Assembly: GCA_030141605.1 (NCBI GenBank)
Contig: JAQGDQ010000282.1
Span: 238,274-302,273, forward strand
Direction: 5' to 3'
Source of the DNA: Tubiluchus corallicola
Taxonomy: Eukaryota; Animalia; Priapulida
DNA length: 64,000 nucleotides
The notes beneath the pieces are model-generated. The model did not search any database. It saw only the letters and a list, made by a program, of their open reading frames with translations, and was not told the DNA's origin. A program made the position numbers and the translations under genes. Shown here in pieces: positions 40,851-54,512 of the stretch (positions are counted from its first letter, which is position 1; every line of letters begins with the position of its first letter).

Positions 40851-41590
40851 CGATGCTCACAATTTCCTCAGTTCGAATTCCTAGAATGTACACTGGGAAT
40901 TTCTCACTGCATGCTAAGCTACCACGCGAACTGGAACACAGGCCATATCGGCTTTTGCTAATATTCATTGCACATGCATGTGTGCGTGCTAGGCATAGCT
41001 TACCCCACAAGACATTTATCGACTTACAAACAAGTGGCTCTAATTATGACAATGAAGCCGCCGAGGATACATAACTTCTCGCTTCAGTAAATCCCAGGTG
41101 TGGAATGTTTATACGTGTGTCACTATAGTAACGAGCAAGATTGATTAATCGGCAAACATCTGTGCACTTTCCCTACATGCCAAGCAATTTTGCATGAAAT
41201 GAGAACAGTTTCATCTAAATTCATTAATACGGTTCAGTCAAAAAGAATTTTATTAAGTTTGACTAAACTGTTTGAGTAAACCGCTTCATTAAATTGTTGA
41301 TGGAATTTTAGATACCTGGTAATGAAACCTTTTCAGTAGTTTGTCTCAACTTCTTTAAGAACCCACACTTAAGTAAGCTATAACTATCTCAACGTGAATA
41401 CAACTTAAGGAAGTGGTCTAAGTAGATCGTTTTAGCGAATCACCTCAACGTTTGGTTTGGGAAAATGGTTGGAGCAGTAACGTAACCATATTCTAATAAT
41501 TTGCCTCCGTTAAAATAGTCTCATAAGGCAGTTTTAGTGTGCTTTACTTTGAGAATTGTTTAATTAAAACAACTGAGGATAATTAAATTA

Positions 41591-42028
41591 CCGTATTTTC
41601 CCGTGTATAAGAGACCCTTTTTTGCTCAGAATTTTCACTTTAAAAATCAGGGGTCTCTTATACATGGGAGTAAGTCTTTTCAATAAGATGCATAAATTGT
41701 GACACTAATGATTTTAAAGAAATAAGTGCTCTACAACTGTTTTGCGTGTCGCGTTCGACTATGAAGCGGTTGTAAGCAATACAAGCATCGTGACACAGGC
41801 ATTATCTCCTCGTTTTCTCTTTTCCTGTTACAGGTTTGCAGGTACGCACTTTAATATATACCAGTACTCTTTTTCTACAACACATTAACTGGTTTTATTT
41901 TGTTTTCAGTACCGCACTGAGTTGAAAAAAGTTGTACTCTACCCTCTAAAAATGTCCGTCTGAAAAAACTTTTTTCCAGAATTTTTGCCTAAAAATTGAA
42001 GGGGTCTCTTATACACGGGAAAATACGG
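41591..42028. mobile_element. Tc1/mariner-superfamily (Tc2-like) MITE
   Basis: TA TSD at 41589-41590 and 42029-42030. Perfect 27-bp TIR ccgtattttcccgtgtataagagaccc, with a subterminal inverted copy at ~41650. Confidence 0.92.
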
Positions 42029-44610
42029 TATATCATATTAATTTGGTTTTGTGTGAATGGGTCAGAAAACCGTATTATCAAACTGTTTAGTACGAACAGT
42101 GTTTGAAAAACCACGAGTCTATTTCAATAAATAAGTCTAGTATAACTAAGAGGCCTAATTTAAGCAACTTTAGCACCTCAATGCAAACATGGTACGGGGA
42201 GCTATCTGCAAAGAAACTGTCAAATCAAACCAAGTCAGCACGAGGAAAGACGGTAAAACCGGTTTGATTATTTTAAACCGTTAGAAAATTTTGGAAGTTA
42301 TCGAATTAAACCATATCAGTGTGAATTGGTTTCAGAAGTCACTGGAATTAACTGCCCGAGTGTGGTCCAAAAACATCTAATTTAAACCAGTTTTTCTGCG
42401 AGTAGGAGTTAAGTACCGACCCCATTAACCACCGAGCATGAATATACTTTTAGAAGTTATCGAAATAAACCATTTCAATATCTTCGATTTTGTAACACTG
42501 CTTTGCCTACATTTCTGAAGCAGTGAGATACTTCAAGACAAAAAAGCGTTTCTAAACCTGCCAGACCTATGGAATGCCTTTGAAATGACATTGAATGCTA
42601 AATGTCAAAACCTGGTGTTCGTTACAGGAATGATCTAACAAGTTTTGACGCCCCTAAATTCCCTTCCCGTCAAAAATCATTGACATGTCGGCGTCACGGC
42701 GTTACTTAGTCGCTTAAACGAGGTGCCAACGCATCTGCTGTCTTCAACAGCAAGTCTCCTGATGATCTGTAAGTGATCATTATGTCAGATGAAAAAAGTG
42801 CAAAATGCACGACTGAAATAGCGCCTTGATTGGTACTAATAGCAGGTTGCATCAGCAGCTAGATGAGCTCTGTCAATGAAGCAGCACTGGCAACTAGGAT
42901 TACCTTCAAATCACGAGACTATGCCAACTTTGTTTATCTCGAAAGGCATCAGCTAACAATCTATTTTTTTTCTCGTTTGATGGTGCCACATAGTTTGCGT
43001 ATAATACCGCTTTTACGCATGTTATTTTTACCAAAACAATGTTTCCACACCCTAAAAACTATCAGCTTGGAGGCAAGCGCTAAAGCTTACAGCAGAGCAG
43101 ACAAAAGGACACGAGGCAGCTGACAGAGCAATTACGCCAGAATAGATTGAAAAACGGTTGAATTTTATTTGTTATATTTAATTGGACATATATCATGTGG
43201 CGCAAAAAACTTGTTTAAGCTTGATTTTTTAAAAAAAGTTAGGTCATTTCCTTAGGTTTTTACCAAAGACTCAAAAGTTTTGAATCAACAAGTTTTAAAT
43301 TAAATGCCGGAAAAAAATTTATGTCACTATCGTTAAAATTTACACCAAGTGTTCTACTGGTTCAGCGTTTTCAGTGCAAACTAGACGAAGGCGTTTCTTT
43401 CAATAGCTGACATAGCTTTTCACTTCTCTTTTGGGTGTTTGGTTTAGAACTAAAAATGTATGACTTTAGTTTCTTGGCTTCAAACGGCTCTTTGCGGCTG
43501 TCGAACACTTTCTCTTTAAGGAAATTCCAGCTACCGTAGTCCAAACTCCAGAAGATTAAACCCATTTTTTCTTGACAACAAATCTTTACCAATTCTTTTG
43601 TTTTTTGTGATGAATACCTTGTTACAAACTAGTAGTTAAATTCCTTATTGCTTTGCAGCCATGAATTAAGCGTCAACGTGGCTGTTTTTCAATTAATGAT
43701 TAGCTGATATTCTTCTGGCACTTAATTTTTTAATATGCAAATATTTTACGGCTGTAATTTAAAAACCATCAAAGTTATAAAGTCGTAACTACCACAACCA
43801 AAAGTCAATTTACTGTAATACCACATTGCCAAATTCCAACTTTGTAGGGCCGTTATTTCTATAATTGTTATTGTAGTTCAAAATTCGGCACATTTTTTGC
43901 ACCAACCGACATGTACATACACCTACCTGTACTGTACCGGTATATGACCTACCGGAGAGTTGGTCTCCTCAAAATCATACCAGCTAGATCCGTCCTTTGC
44001 TCTGCCTGGTCGATAGTGAGTATCAGAGTATGCATCGACGGCTGTAACAGTACTGCTACACATCTACTAAACTTCTGTTGTACCAATTACTGGCACTGAT
44101 AAAAATTGCTTTAAGTGTATGAAGTGCTTGACGCATTCGACCGAATTATGAATTTTAATTAAATTTTCCTAGAATGACAGTGGAAAACCGGGCAATTTCC
44201 GTCTCTAATAAATATACGGGCTATAAAATTTTCACATGAGCGCAGCCGTAAATTATTGCGTGTATTTGACCACATCCAGTGCAAAATCAAACGAGCCAAA
44301 CATCTTAAGTAGCTTAATTAAAACATCGGATCATTTAGCAAATTGTATTAGTAGAGGCGTTTATGCACAAAGTGCTTTCGCCTTCTCTTTCCTTATGAAA
44401 ATTTATAATGGTAAATTAACTCAACTACAATAACAAGCAACTGAAATTGTTCAAAACGGCAGTGATGAAAGTTTAATGTTTAAATAGAAGAAATTAATGA
44501 ATAAAGCTTGAGGCACGTTAATATTACCTAAGTCAGTAAGGCACTGCTGTGGCGTAAAAGATATCTAGAGTTTATCAATTATTTAGTCACAAAATAGTCA
44601 TTAGTTAATC

Positions 44611-44988
44611 CAGTGGTTCCCAAACTTTCTCGGACCGTTACCCAAATCGGAAAACCCGGTCGTGTCCATTACCCCCCCACCTAGTACTACTTCTCCAACT
44701 CAAAAAGTAAACACACGTATATGCCACAAGCAAGCAAAATTATTTATGTTTGCTCGTGACATAAATAAATTTCCAGGTGTTGTTGTTGTATTGTTGCCAA
44801 AACAAGAATTACAATTATGACACAGTGTTGCCTGCCGGAGGCAGTCTGTTCAAGAAGAAAACTAGGTAAAAAATGCATTCCGAGCGAAGTTTTAAAAATT
44901 TTCAGAGGGGTGGCCGTTACCCCCCCCCCCCCCCAAAAAAAACCATATTACCCCCGGGGGTAATTTACCCCTACTTTGGGAACCACTG
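44611..44988. mobile_element. hAT (Charlie-like) MITE
   Basis: Perfect 8-bp TSD AGTTAATC at 44603-44610 and 44989-44996. TIR CAGTGGTTCCCAAA. Confidence 0.93.
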
Positions 44989-47900
44989 AGTTAATCGTTC
45001 CAAGATATCTACATTTTGGACTTTTGGAAAGTTCATGTTCTGGTGTCATACAGCACAAATGGTTTCCCTGGAAAAATAAAATCAAGCAGTTTCAACAGCT
45101 TGCCATGCTTGTGGTATTTCCTTAGAAAACCTAGGCGGTGGTGTGTAAGTTCGCTGGAGAATTTATTATTTAATTATGGCATACTATTAAGGAAATTATG
45201 TACTATCAGATACCCAAAGTTTCTAATTGTTGAATGAGTACGCCCTACCTGGACAATTATTTAACCCTAACGCAGAAAACTTTAAATGAACTCATTAAAA
45301 ATTCCTAATATGAACAATTTGTGAAATGATACGATTATTGGAAGTTTTTTTAGTAGTCTGGCGCATTTGTTCACAAAACTTGAACAACGCTTAAAGGACG
45401 CTGGGATACAAAGTAACAAAGACTAATTTTCCCAATCAAATTTATAAACGCAATAAATTTTTATACCAGATTCTGCACAGATTTTCTAAGATCAACTGAA
45501 AGCCACATTCAACCGACAAGATTATTAAGATTTGCCCATAAAAGGCAAAATAGCCGAGTACACGTATAATGTCTGGAACTTTTATGGTTGGGTTGTGAAT
45601 AAATGTGATAGCCATAGCATCAACGAAAATACATCAAATGTATGTATTACGATGTTATAAAAATAAAATCCCCGGTTAGATCGTTCTCGTATGTAAAGCT
45701 GAAGTATCACGAGCGCACTCACAAACAATAATGTTTATTCACATAGCAAAGCGCCAGTGGCGCCACACACGGCAACGTTTGTTTAAGTAGCAAGTAAACG
45801 GAGTGGATGTAGGAATTAATAGGAGTTTTGTCCTCCTGAAGAATTTCTCAGAAGGGAATACGCTTTTCTATACTAATTGACCGACTGACGGGCTCACTGA
45901 CTGGCTGACTGACTGTCTAATTGACTAACTGATTGATAAGTGGTTGGCTGATTGAATGACTGACTGACCACCCGATTAAACTACTGGCAAACAGGCTGAC
46001 ATAAGTGAATGAAAGCAGGAAAAAAGAAGAAAGAATGTATGGATAAAGGATGTAGAAAAATGAATGAAGAAAAAGAAAGAAAAGCACAAAAGAAGAAGGA
46101 GAGATGGAAACCGCAGAAAAAGGGGGAAAAGAAAGAAAGGAAGGAAGGGAAGAAGAAAGGAATAAACAAAAAAAGGGAAAGCAAGTAAGGAAAGAGTGAG
46201 CGAGTGAGTGAATGGGTGGGTGAGAGAGGAGTGGTTATATGAAGTGAGCCAGTAATAAATGGTTGAAAAACTTAAGGACAACAAGTAAAAAACTAAATGT
46301 ATGACTTGTCGCGAGTAAAAGATTTTCTAGATGTTATTCTAAATTCTACTGCGCTAGAATATATTTTTAACCGCTGAGTGAATAATCAATGCCATCTTAA
46401 TTACGGTGCTAATTATGCCTATTAATTAGTCGCGTGCTTCATTGGAAGACAAATATTGGATTGTTGTGGCGACATACTGCAATAACTGAGGGTGATGTCT
46501 GCTACTAAAGTTCAAACCAGTGCAACACGAGAAAGTGTTTTGATGTTTTCGCAAGGCTGGTGATGGATCATAGGATTTGCGTAGCCAAATCTTTGTAATC
46601 CAGTGAGGTTTGCTGGCAGCGACACTCTGTGACCTTGGTGCTGAACTGCAAGATCCGTATTCATCATATTACAATACTTGGTGATCGACAAACATTCCCA
46701 AGTTTACGATATATTGCTTCAACGTCGATAAACTAAATGGCTACACACTACGCCACAAACAATTTCCGAATAGCAAGATATATAAAATTAAATCGTATAT
46801 GTCTGAGAATGAAAAAGATTTGTCTAATCTGTTGGCGAGAGCAATAGTTTTAAAAATGTGTGTCATTGTTTCCTGTACATAAAAACTTCATGTTAAATCA
46901 AAGTCACAAAAGTATGTAAATTAAGCCTAGTAAAAAAATCAACAGATTGGCGCTTTTAACTACTACTGTTTATGCCTCACAAAATATATACTCATATTCC
47001 AAATGTGGGCGAAATGTTCGATGCATTAAAGAGAAAAGGTCAAAGTAAAATGTTGTAAAAAGTCACAAGAAATAAACGTAGCTTAGTTCTTAACTGCGTA
47101 TACCAGGTGGGAAAAAGTGGTCTTCCCTTGGTCACTTGATCGCACTTTAAATTGTAACCTACCAATGAAGACGAAATTTCAGTAATTTTATTTACCAAGC
47201 GTAACAATTGTAATTTTTAGTTTGTTAAACCGGTTTCTTAGTTGAAATGGCGATAACAATACCAGATGTTTATAAAATTGTGTTAGCGTTACATAAATAA
47301 ATGTATAATGTATAATTTTTCTCTAATTTCCTGCCAAGTAGTTGGTTGTACATGAGCGTATTGATTGAAATAGAGGAGATTGTTTTACACATTGACTGTT
47401 AAAACAAGTAACACGTTAGCTTCGAGAAAACCAAACTGCAATTTCATTTATATTCTGAGGATCGTCTGTCACTTAATGCGACTGAGGAAAGATCAAAATC
47501 ATAACCACCATCTTCAACAGTGGAAGCAGCTGGCTGTTAAAATAAAATCCATCTTGATCGCCTCAATATGCCAGCGAAATACATCAAGCACGAAGCGAAA
47601 CCTTTTGTGGGTTGCAGGCTGCAGCTTTTGTCACGGCTGAACGAGAAAATATGAAATGAAGTTTAATTCATTTCGATTCGATTCGCGGAATCGAAATCCC
47701 CAGAACATGCGGAACTTGCCAACGAGACTCGAACACATCGGTTAGTTCAGCAAATTCTTTTAATTAAGCGTATAAATCTATGGGTAAAATTTAGAAATTG
47801 ATAATGTTTTCTAAATAAAAAGTTTTGTATGAAAAGAACACGTGTCACTAACTCCTGGTAACCAGCAACCTGCAAATATTCAAGGTCAATTAAATTAAGT

Positions 47901-48184
47901 AGTATAATATCCATAGGTTTATAGTTTACCAACACTGAAAAGGCTTACCCAAAGAATTTTTTTTAGCATGGTTTAATTTTTTTCACCCAAACAAGGTTTT
48001 GCTTAGTTTTTGAAACAGAGTAAGAGCTAGACGAAGTAGTTTATTCAATCTCTTTCTGTCGCATAGAACATGAGTTTATAACTACTAAAATTTTCTTATT
48101 GCGATACTATGTATAAGTGCAATCAAATGAAAAAAAACCTGAAGTTAAACATCAGACCAGCTAAACGAATCCAGTGAATAATCA

Positions 48185-48218
<34 letters not shown>

Positions 48219-49056
48219 TTTAGCTCAACTACACTCAATATGTTTATGTGTTTTTTAAAAGCGTTTACTGGGGGGGGGGGGGGTGCAGTGGCAGTTTAAC
48301 AGTTTATCAGTTTATCGGATCAGAATATCAGGCTTGCTTTAAAATGGTTTGCTTAGACAGTTTATACAAAATGAGTTTAACTCATTCACAGTGAAACGGT
48401 TTACTTAGTCATATCATGTAAGAATTTCATGTGTTATAATAACTTACCACGAAAGCTTACCCAATCAAAATTTCAGGTTATTTACGCTGAATCTATTTTC
48501 CTTTTTTCCTACCAAAACTTGAGCTTATTTGCGCTGACGATGACGGCGACAATGAACACCATCATAAAACAGCCTAACTAGCAACTGCAACAATAGTAGT
48601 AGCAGCAACAGCAGCAGCAGCAGGAGCAGCAGCAGCAACAGCAACAACAATAACAACAACAACAAGCATTATCATCACCGCCATATATAATGCATAATGC
48701 TATATTATTGTAATAACAATCATACGAACATTTTCTTCCTTATAGCTTTTGCTAGAGTGGCTTTCTGCGAAGCACTAGTACAATGTTTTCGTCTTTACAA
48801 AATGTATAACCAAAATCGTTTATTATGGTGTACTCCAGGCTACTGCCATTACGACATCCGAGTTTTCTGAACAACCTGCAACGCAATAGTGAGCTTTTTA
48901 GTAATAAAAGTCCTGCTGAAATGATAAAGCGGAGATTAATATGACACGTACTCAATTGTAAATATACTGTGATCATGAAAGAGTACAATAATGAGACTTC
49001 ACAGTGTTCAAGGCATATGTGTGAGAAGGCAGAGGAGGATTTACAATTATTATTAT

Positions 49057-50992
49057 TAGTCTAGTCCCATTTTCAGAAAAGTGGAACCATGGAGGACTTT
49101 TTTCCTAAATGTGGGGATATAGCCAGTGTGATCAACCTGACTATGCTGAATCCGAAAAACACTGTTGCCCGCTTGAAAAATTAGCAGAAAGTGGTTAAAA
49201 ACGCAAAAAATGTGATATCTTCGCACAAACGACGCAAATTAAGAGAAATTTTCAGAAAATTAACGCGAAGAAGCCAATCTGACATCTATCCAGGGTAACT
49301 GGACCTGAGAAACCCATTTCTGTCATTTCCACTTCAAAAATGACTACCGTTTTCAAAATGGCTGCTACGCGATAACGAAATAATGCCGATCATGCAGTTA
49401 CTTTAAACGTCTAGTCGCAAGATTCATTATACAAACAAAAACAATCAAACAATGTTGAAACCAATCAAGGTGATTAATTTTGGATAAGAGCTCAATCGAA
49501 AATCATCCAATATGGCTGCTGCTTCCAAAATGGTTGACAAAACCTGTAAGTGCTGGTTTTGAAAGCCATATCTAAACTGTTGGCACAGTTAATATGAAAT
49601 CTTGGTGCCAAAATATGGGTTAGGTTTTCAATTTCAAGGAATTAATTTCTAATGCCCATAAACATCTATGACATCACCTCAGTTAGAATTTCAAGATGGC
49701 AGTCGAAATACTTGTAGCTGTTTGTGTAATACAATAACTATATTATTAGACTAAAGGTAAATAGGACGATGATATTAGTATCTACATGTAGCCTTTAAAG
49801 GTCAAAGATTTAGGGTAGTACCAATATGACCAACATTTTCAAAATGGCCGAAAAAGTAGCTGTTGCTAGCTTGTCAAACCATACTTATGCCATATAAAAA
49901 TGTGAATGCCATTGAATGTGAACAATCAAAATGTGAACAATAAGCTCTGTAAGCAATCCACGCTAATACTGTTTGCAACCAGACTTCAGTTTTTGCAGAA
50001 AGAGAAGAAATGGCCCACACAACAGAAGCATTTGTATCTTTATGAAACACGAGAGCAGAACTATAGTCTGAACTCATGCTTGTGTTGGAACGGTTTGTTG
50101 TACTCCTGTTGGAGAAAGCTGGTATATTGACATCAGTTTGCAAACCATGTAAAGGCTTATTCGCTAGAAACGAAAGGTTTTTGGTGACAGTTCCTCCAAC
50201 GTATACCACACTGTTGGGGCAACAGAGGAGTGGTATATCAGGCAGTACTGTTGGTCCAGGCATTGATCACTGTCCTAACACCAGACGTGGACTCCTTGAC
50301 CTTGAAAAACTATATTTACCCACCAAAATCATATTTATCTGCTCTGACAACTGTGATGTCGCGTTTATCAAATGCTAGAGATATTGTTGTCCATCTTGAA
50401 AGCGGCGGCCTCATTGGACACTAATCTATAGCTTTTACTTTTAAAGCCCTATGTCTAGATACTAAAATTATCATATAATCTGCCTTAGAACCTGCAATAT
50501 AGCTAATATATTGCACTAGCTACCGCAGCCACCTAGAAATGGACCTGGATCCCAAAATAATAGTCTCTTGCAAAACTGCGAAAAAACTTGCTCATGTCGT
50601 CTAAAAGTTACAATACTTTGCATAAACCTAAAACCCACCAAAGTGAATAATTTTGGGCATGAGGCCAAACGAAAATCATCCAATATTGCCGCCATTTCAA
50701 AATGGCCTAGAAGATGGAAGGTTGTTTCTAGTTTTTAGTGTTTTAAGCGTTATTTAGGGGTTGCTTGACCCTCAGAATCTATATTTACAGAACAAAATCA
50801 TCATAATATTTGTTCTAATAGCTAAGATAGAACCTTCATATGCTAGCGAGCCATCTTATTTGTCATCTTGAAAATGGCGCCCGTATTTTAGGTTTTTTAT
50901 TCAAAATTAATTACCTTGGTGGGTTCTACCATTGTGCTACATTTCATAATTTTTAGACGAAATGAGCAATTTTTCACGATTCTGGTAGACTA
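49057..50992 (+). mobile_element. Internally deleted, degenerate Academ-like DNA transposon
   Basis: Termini TAGTCTA...TAGACTA. Disrupted transposase remnant at ~49940-50290 (AIHANTVCNQTSVF..., LERFVVLL...LF...VPPT..TLL, frameshift to VYQA...QAL) resembles the Academ-type FHAxTGCD / LERFV / IPPT / YQA motifs. Repeated AAAATGGC/GCCATCTT motifs. No TSD seen. Confidence 0.65.
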
Positions 50993-51420
50993 CACGTCGG
51001 AACCCGCCGGCCAGTTTCGTTTTTGCTTATTTCTTATTATTAGTTATTAATCTAGCATTATTTAGATTCAACAAGATCGAATTAATAAAAATGACTTGTT
51101 TTCTTTTTTTTTTAATAAATCTTTAGGTGAAACAGGTAATATAATTGATCGGCATAATTTCTTTTTCTGTGGCGACCAATTTTGTAACACAAGTAACTGA
51201 AATAGATTGCAAAGACCTGGAAAAGATATCATCATCGCTTCATAATATTAATTTTCTGGGAATTTCTCGCAAAAATTGTGCACACAATGTAAATTGTCGT
51301 GTTTTTTGCGTTAATTTTTCAAGTCGGCAACAGCTTTTGTCGTACTCAGCATAGTGAAATTAATAAAACTGGCTGTGTTGTCGAATAGGAATTGAAGACC
51401 TTCAGGTTGTCCATTCTCGA

Positions 51421-51425
51421 GAGAA

Positions 51426-51478
<53 letters not shown>
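51421..51478. repeat. (GA)n microsatellite
   Basis: Direct reading. Confidence 0.9.
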
Positions 51479-51481
<3 letters not shown>

Positions 51482-54135
51482 GCAGAAGAGGAGACAGAAA
51501 AAAATTGAAAAAATGTGCTATTTTGTTATGTTTGTCTGCCATATACGTTTGCAATTTTGTGCATGCGTGTCCTTATGCACATTTACAGTTTCCCGCATGC
51601 GTGATCATCGTATCACTAGTTATTAACAACGAAGCGATTAGCAATTTGTCTGGAATACAATTATTTACCATTGATCAGCGGATTTGTTAAAGCTGCCGTA
51701 GTTCCCACTTGACCCACTTGGTCATTATTGTTGAGAGGCTTCTCATGCATTCCATGATGAATGGCTTTCGTAGCTTCAAAACACAGTCAATAATCGATCA
51801 CGATTCATGAGAGACCAGAGCAGCGTAACCCTTTTTCCAAATTGGTGTCTCGTATTTGCAAAGAAATTCATTTTGAGGCAGCTTTGTTTTATCGAGTAAG
51901 CTAAACAAAACAGTTTGTGGAAGTCTCAGACAGAGCTTCTGCGGTTTAGATTACCAATACAACAGTTTACAGCTTCAATTTTTTTGCATTTTTTAAGTAC
52001 AAACTAGATTAGATTAGATTAGTTTATTTGTCTGATTGGTATGTATATATACTATTTAATTACACACAATTCATTATAATTGTAATGAGACGGAGTGGCG
52101 AAACGAATTTAAGTTCATGATTTAGTACAGACACTGTGAATTATAATTCATCAGAATAACGGAACCACCGGACTATTATCTTTTGAATACCTTTGCCCTA
52201 AAAGTGCCGTTACTGAAAAAGTTCTTCACTGCCATGCCTTCCATATAGCCATGGCGTTCCTTTGATACTCTACGTAATTCGTTACGTGTTATGTCAAGTC
52301 TCTTAGTACGCAACGTTGTTCCTTCGAAACACTATGATGTTTTTACAACATACTGTTGAACAACAGTTTTTTCTATGTCTAAATATAATGCTGTTGCTCC
52401 AGTAAGATAATAACCCTACTATGTTTCTGCTATTCATCGGTAGTAGAGCAGACCATACTTTCAAAACTTATTACTAGTGCCAAGAATGGCTTTTCACAAG
52501 AAGCTTGCATGCCATTGCAGTGCTAGAATGCCTGCTTTACGCGAGGACGCTTCACCACTTTTATGTTTGTTTTGCTAGTAGTCTGGACATTGAATTGAGA
52601 TGAGAAAAGTTTCTTTTAGGTTTTGCATGTGACCTACACTACTGCTATTTATTATTGTCAAATATAGTGCCAATTTTGTGGATGTGTGCTTATCTAGCGT
52701 ATCAGCTATAGACTGCAGAGTGCCCTTTTCACTAACAATACTCCTTACATTTTGGTCGGCGATGCGAAATTAGTGTTGCTGCGTTGTAAACTTCGTCTAG
52801 ACTAGCAGTAAGCAAAATAGCGGCAATTGTCAGAGATTACCACGTCACAACACCATAACTGCAACGATACCCATTACGAGGGTTTTTAGATATGTGAGAA
52901 AAATTATATATGAGAGATAATTAGTAATATCAAAATCACTTTTTGGGTGAAAAAAGGCATATTCTTTCGTATGGTATAACTCAACAACGAAGATAAATTA
53001 GAAGAAATTTAATTTCTCGACAGAAACCACCGCTCCTATCAACCATCACACATCTAATACATTATTCCCCAAGACAAAACCACGTGTTTACGAGCACTGC
53101 AGACTACTAACAACACTGGCGACCCCAGAGATTTTCGAAACATTTCTTTCCTCTCAAAAACATTGCCAGATTAGGATTTTTATAACAACACTTGCAAACT
53201 GTGCAGTTTGAAATCTTTAGGTTCTATTTTAAAGTATTACCTTACTGCTCATACAGTGTGCGAATACTCTCAAAAGATATAAATGAAATTCATAAAGCAT
53301 CATATTTTTCCTTGAGCAAAAGTCATTACTCATTTCCATTTTGTAAGTCGTGAATTTTTCACATCAATTTGAGATAACATCAAGATCAGCGCTATATGCG
53401 TGCTAAATTGCTCATTTTTGCCAGATAAAAACATCTCGTGAAATATGCTGTTACTGTTAGGCATGGAGGCAGGGATGACATTGAAACAGGACGGCGGGAA
53501 TGAAAAATTGTGTGTCTGCCCCGACTGATAAGTGTTTAGCTATATCATATTTCATCCCGCTCCCAATTTGATAATGGGACACTATGAAAATTGATAGCTA
53601 CAAAACACAATTTCCATAAAATGAATGAAATACGCTGAGTACTGAGGGATTTGAAAACAATCAGTATGCGCGGCGGGCAGAATAACTGGCCAGACTGACG
53701 CAAAACTCTTGTTTGCTCTTTTCTAGGGGATTAGCGACAATTGAATCGCAACGCTGTCTAGTAACCACGGTTCTCAGTTATTTCTGTCCAATATGTTGTG
53801 ATTGTAGAACATTCGTTATGTACATGAATGGCTAACTAACAATAAGAGGTAGATCATTAATGTAGATAAGAAAAGCAGTGGCCTTTTGATCTTTGTGGTA
53901 CCCCGCAGTTTATATACTGCCGCATACTGCACTCCATGTATACGATGATTAACTTCACGCGTCAACTTTTGACGAATGCGTTTTGACCCCTCCGATTCAC
54001 CAAACAAAACAATCCTGGATGCAAATACAAAAATCATTTCCATGTTATAATTGTTGCAAGCTGAAATTTAGTATTCAGTGAAAGGGCCTACTTAAGAATG
54101 ATTGTGGCAGGAATAGCAAGGCTAATCACCTAAGA

Positions 54136-54512
54136 CAGTAATTCCCAACCTTTTGTTGACGGTGACTCCTTTCCGGGACCGTGCACCATATCGCGACCCC
54201 ATAATCACATGTTACACTATTAAACATCATTATCGTTTGCATTTATTAATTTTAACTTACTATTCAGCAAATTGTTGAACAATGAGTGATCGTTTCATTA
54301 ATTAATTAATGTGATGCTTGCACTGCACTGATATACCGCATTTAGAGCGGAGAAACCTGTTTTCACTTTTAAGAACAAAATGACATGAGAGACTGAGGAA
54401 ACAAGACCTACTTACATGCTTTTCATGAAAACAGCATTTTTTAAAACTAGTTTGTGCACTAACCCGCGACCCCACAAAAAGTTCTTCGCGACCCCGAAGT
54501 TGGGAACCCATG
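54136..54512. mobile_element. Older hAT (Charlie-like) MITE
   Basis: Ends CAGTAATTCCCAAC...GTTGGGAACCCATG. TSD ACCTAAGA / AACTAAGA (7/8 match). Internal GCGACCCC repeats. Confidence 0.75.

Noticed and set aside
43184-43949. Possible element with GGACATATATC/GGTATATGACC ends
   Set aside because: Only a 9/11 match and no TSD.
52003-52520. (TAGAT)n-TTTATT tail suggesting a minus-strand CR1-like LINE end
   Set aside because: Coding remnant too degraded to support a call.
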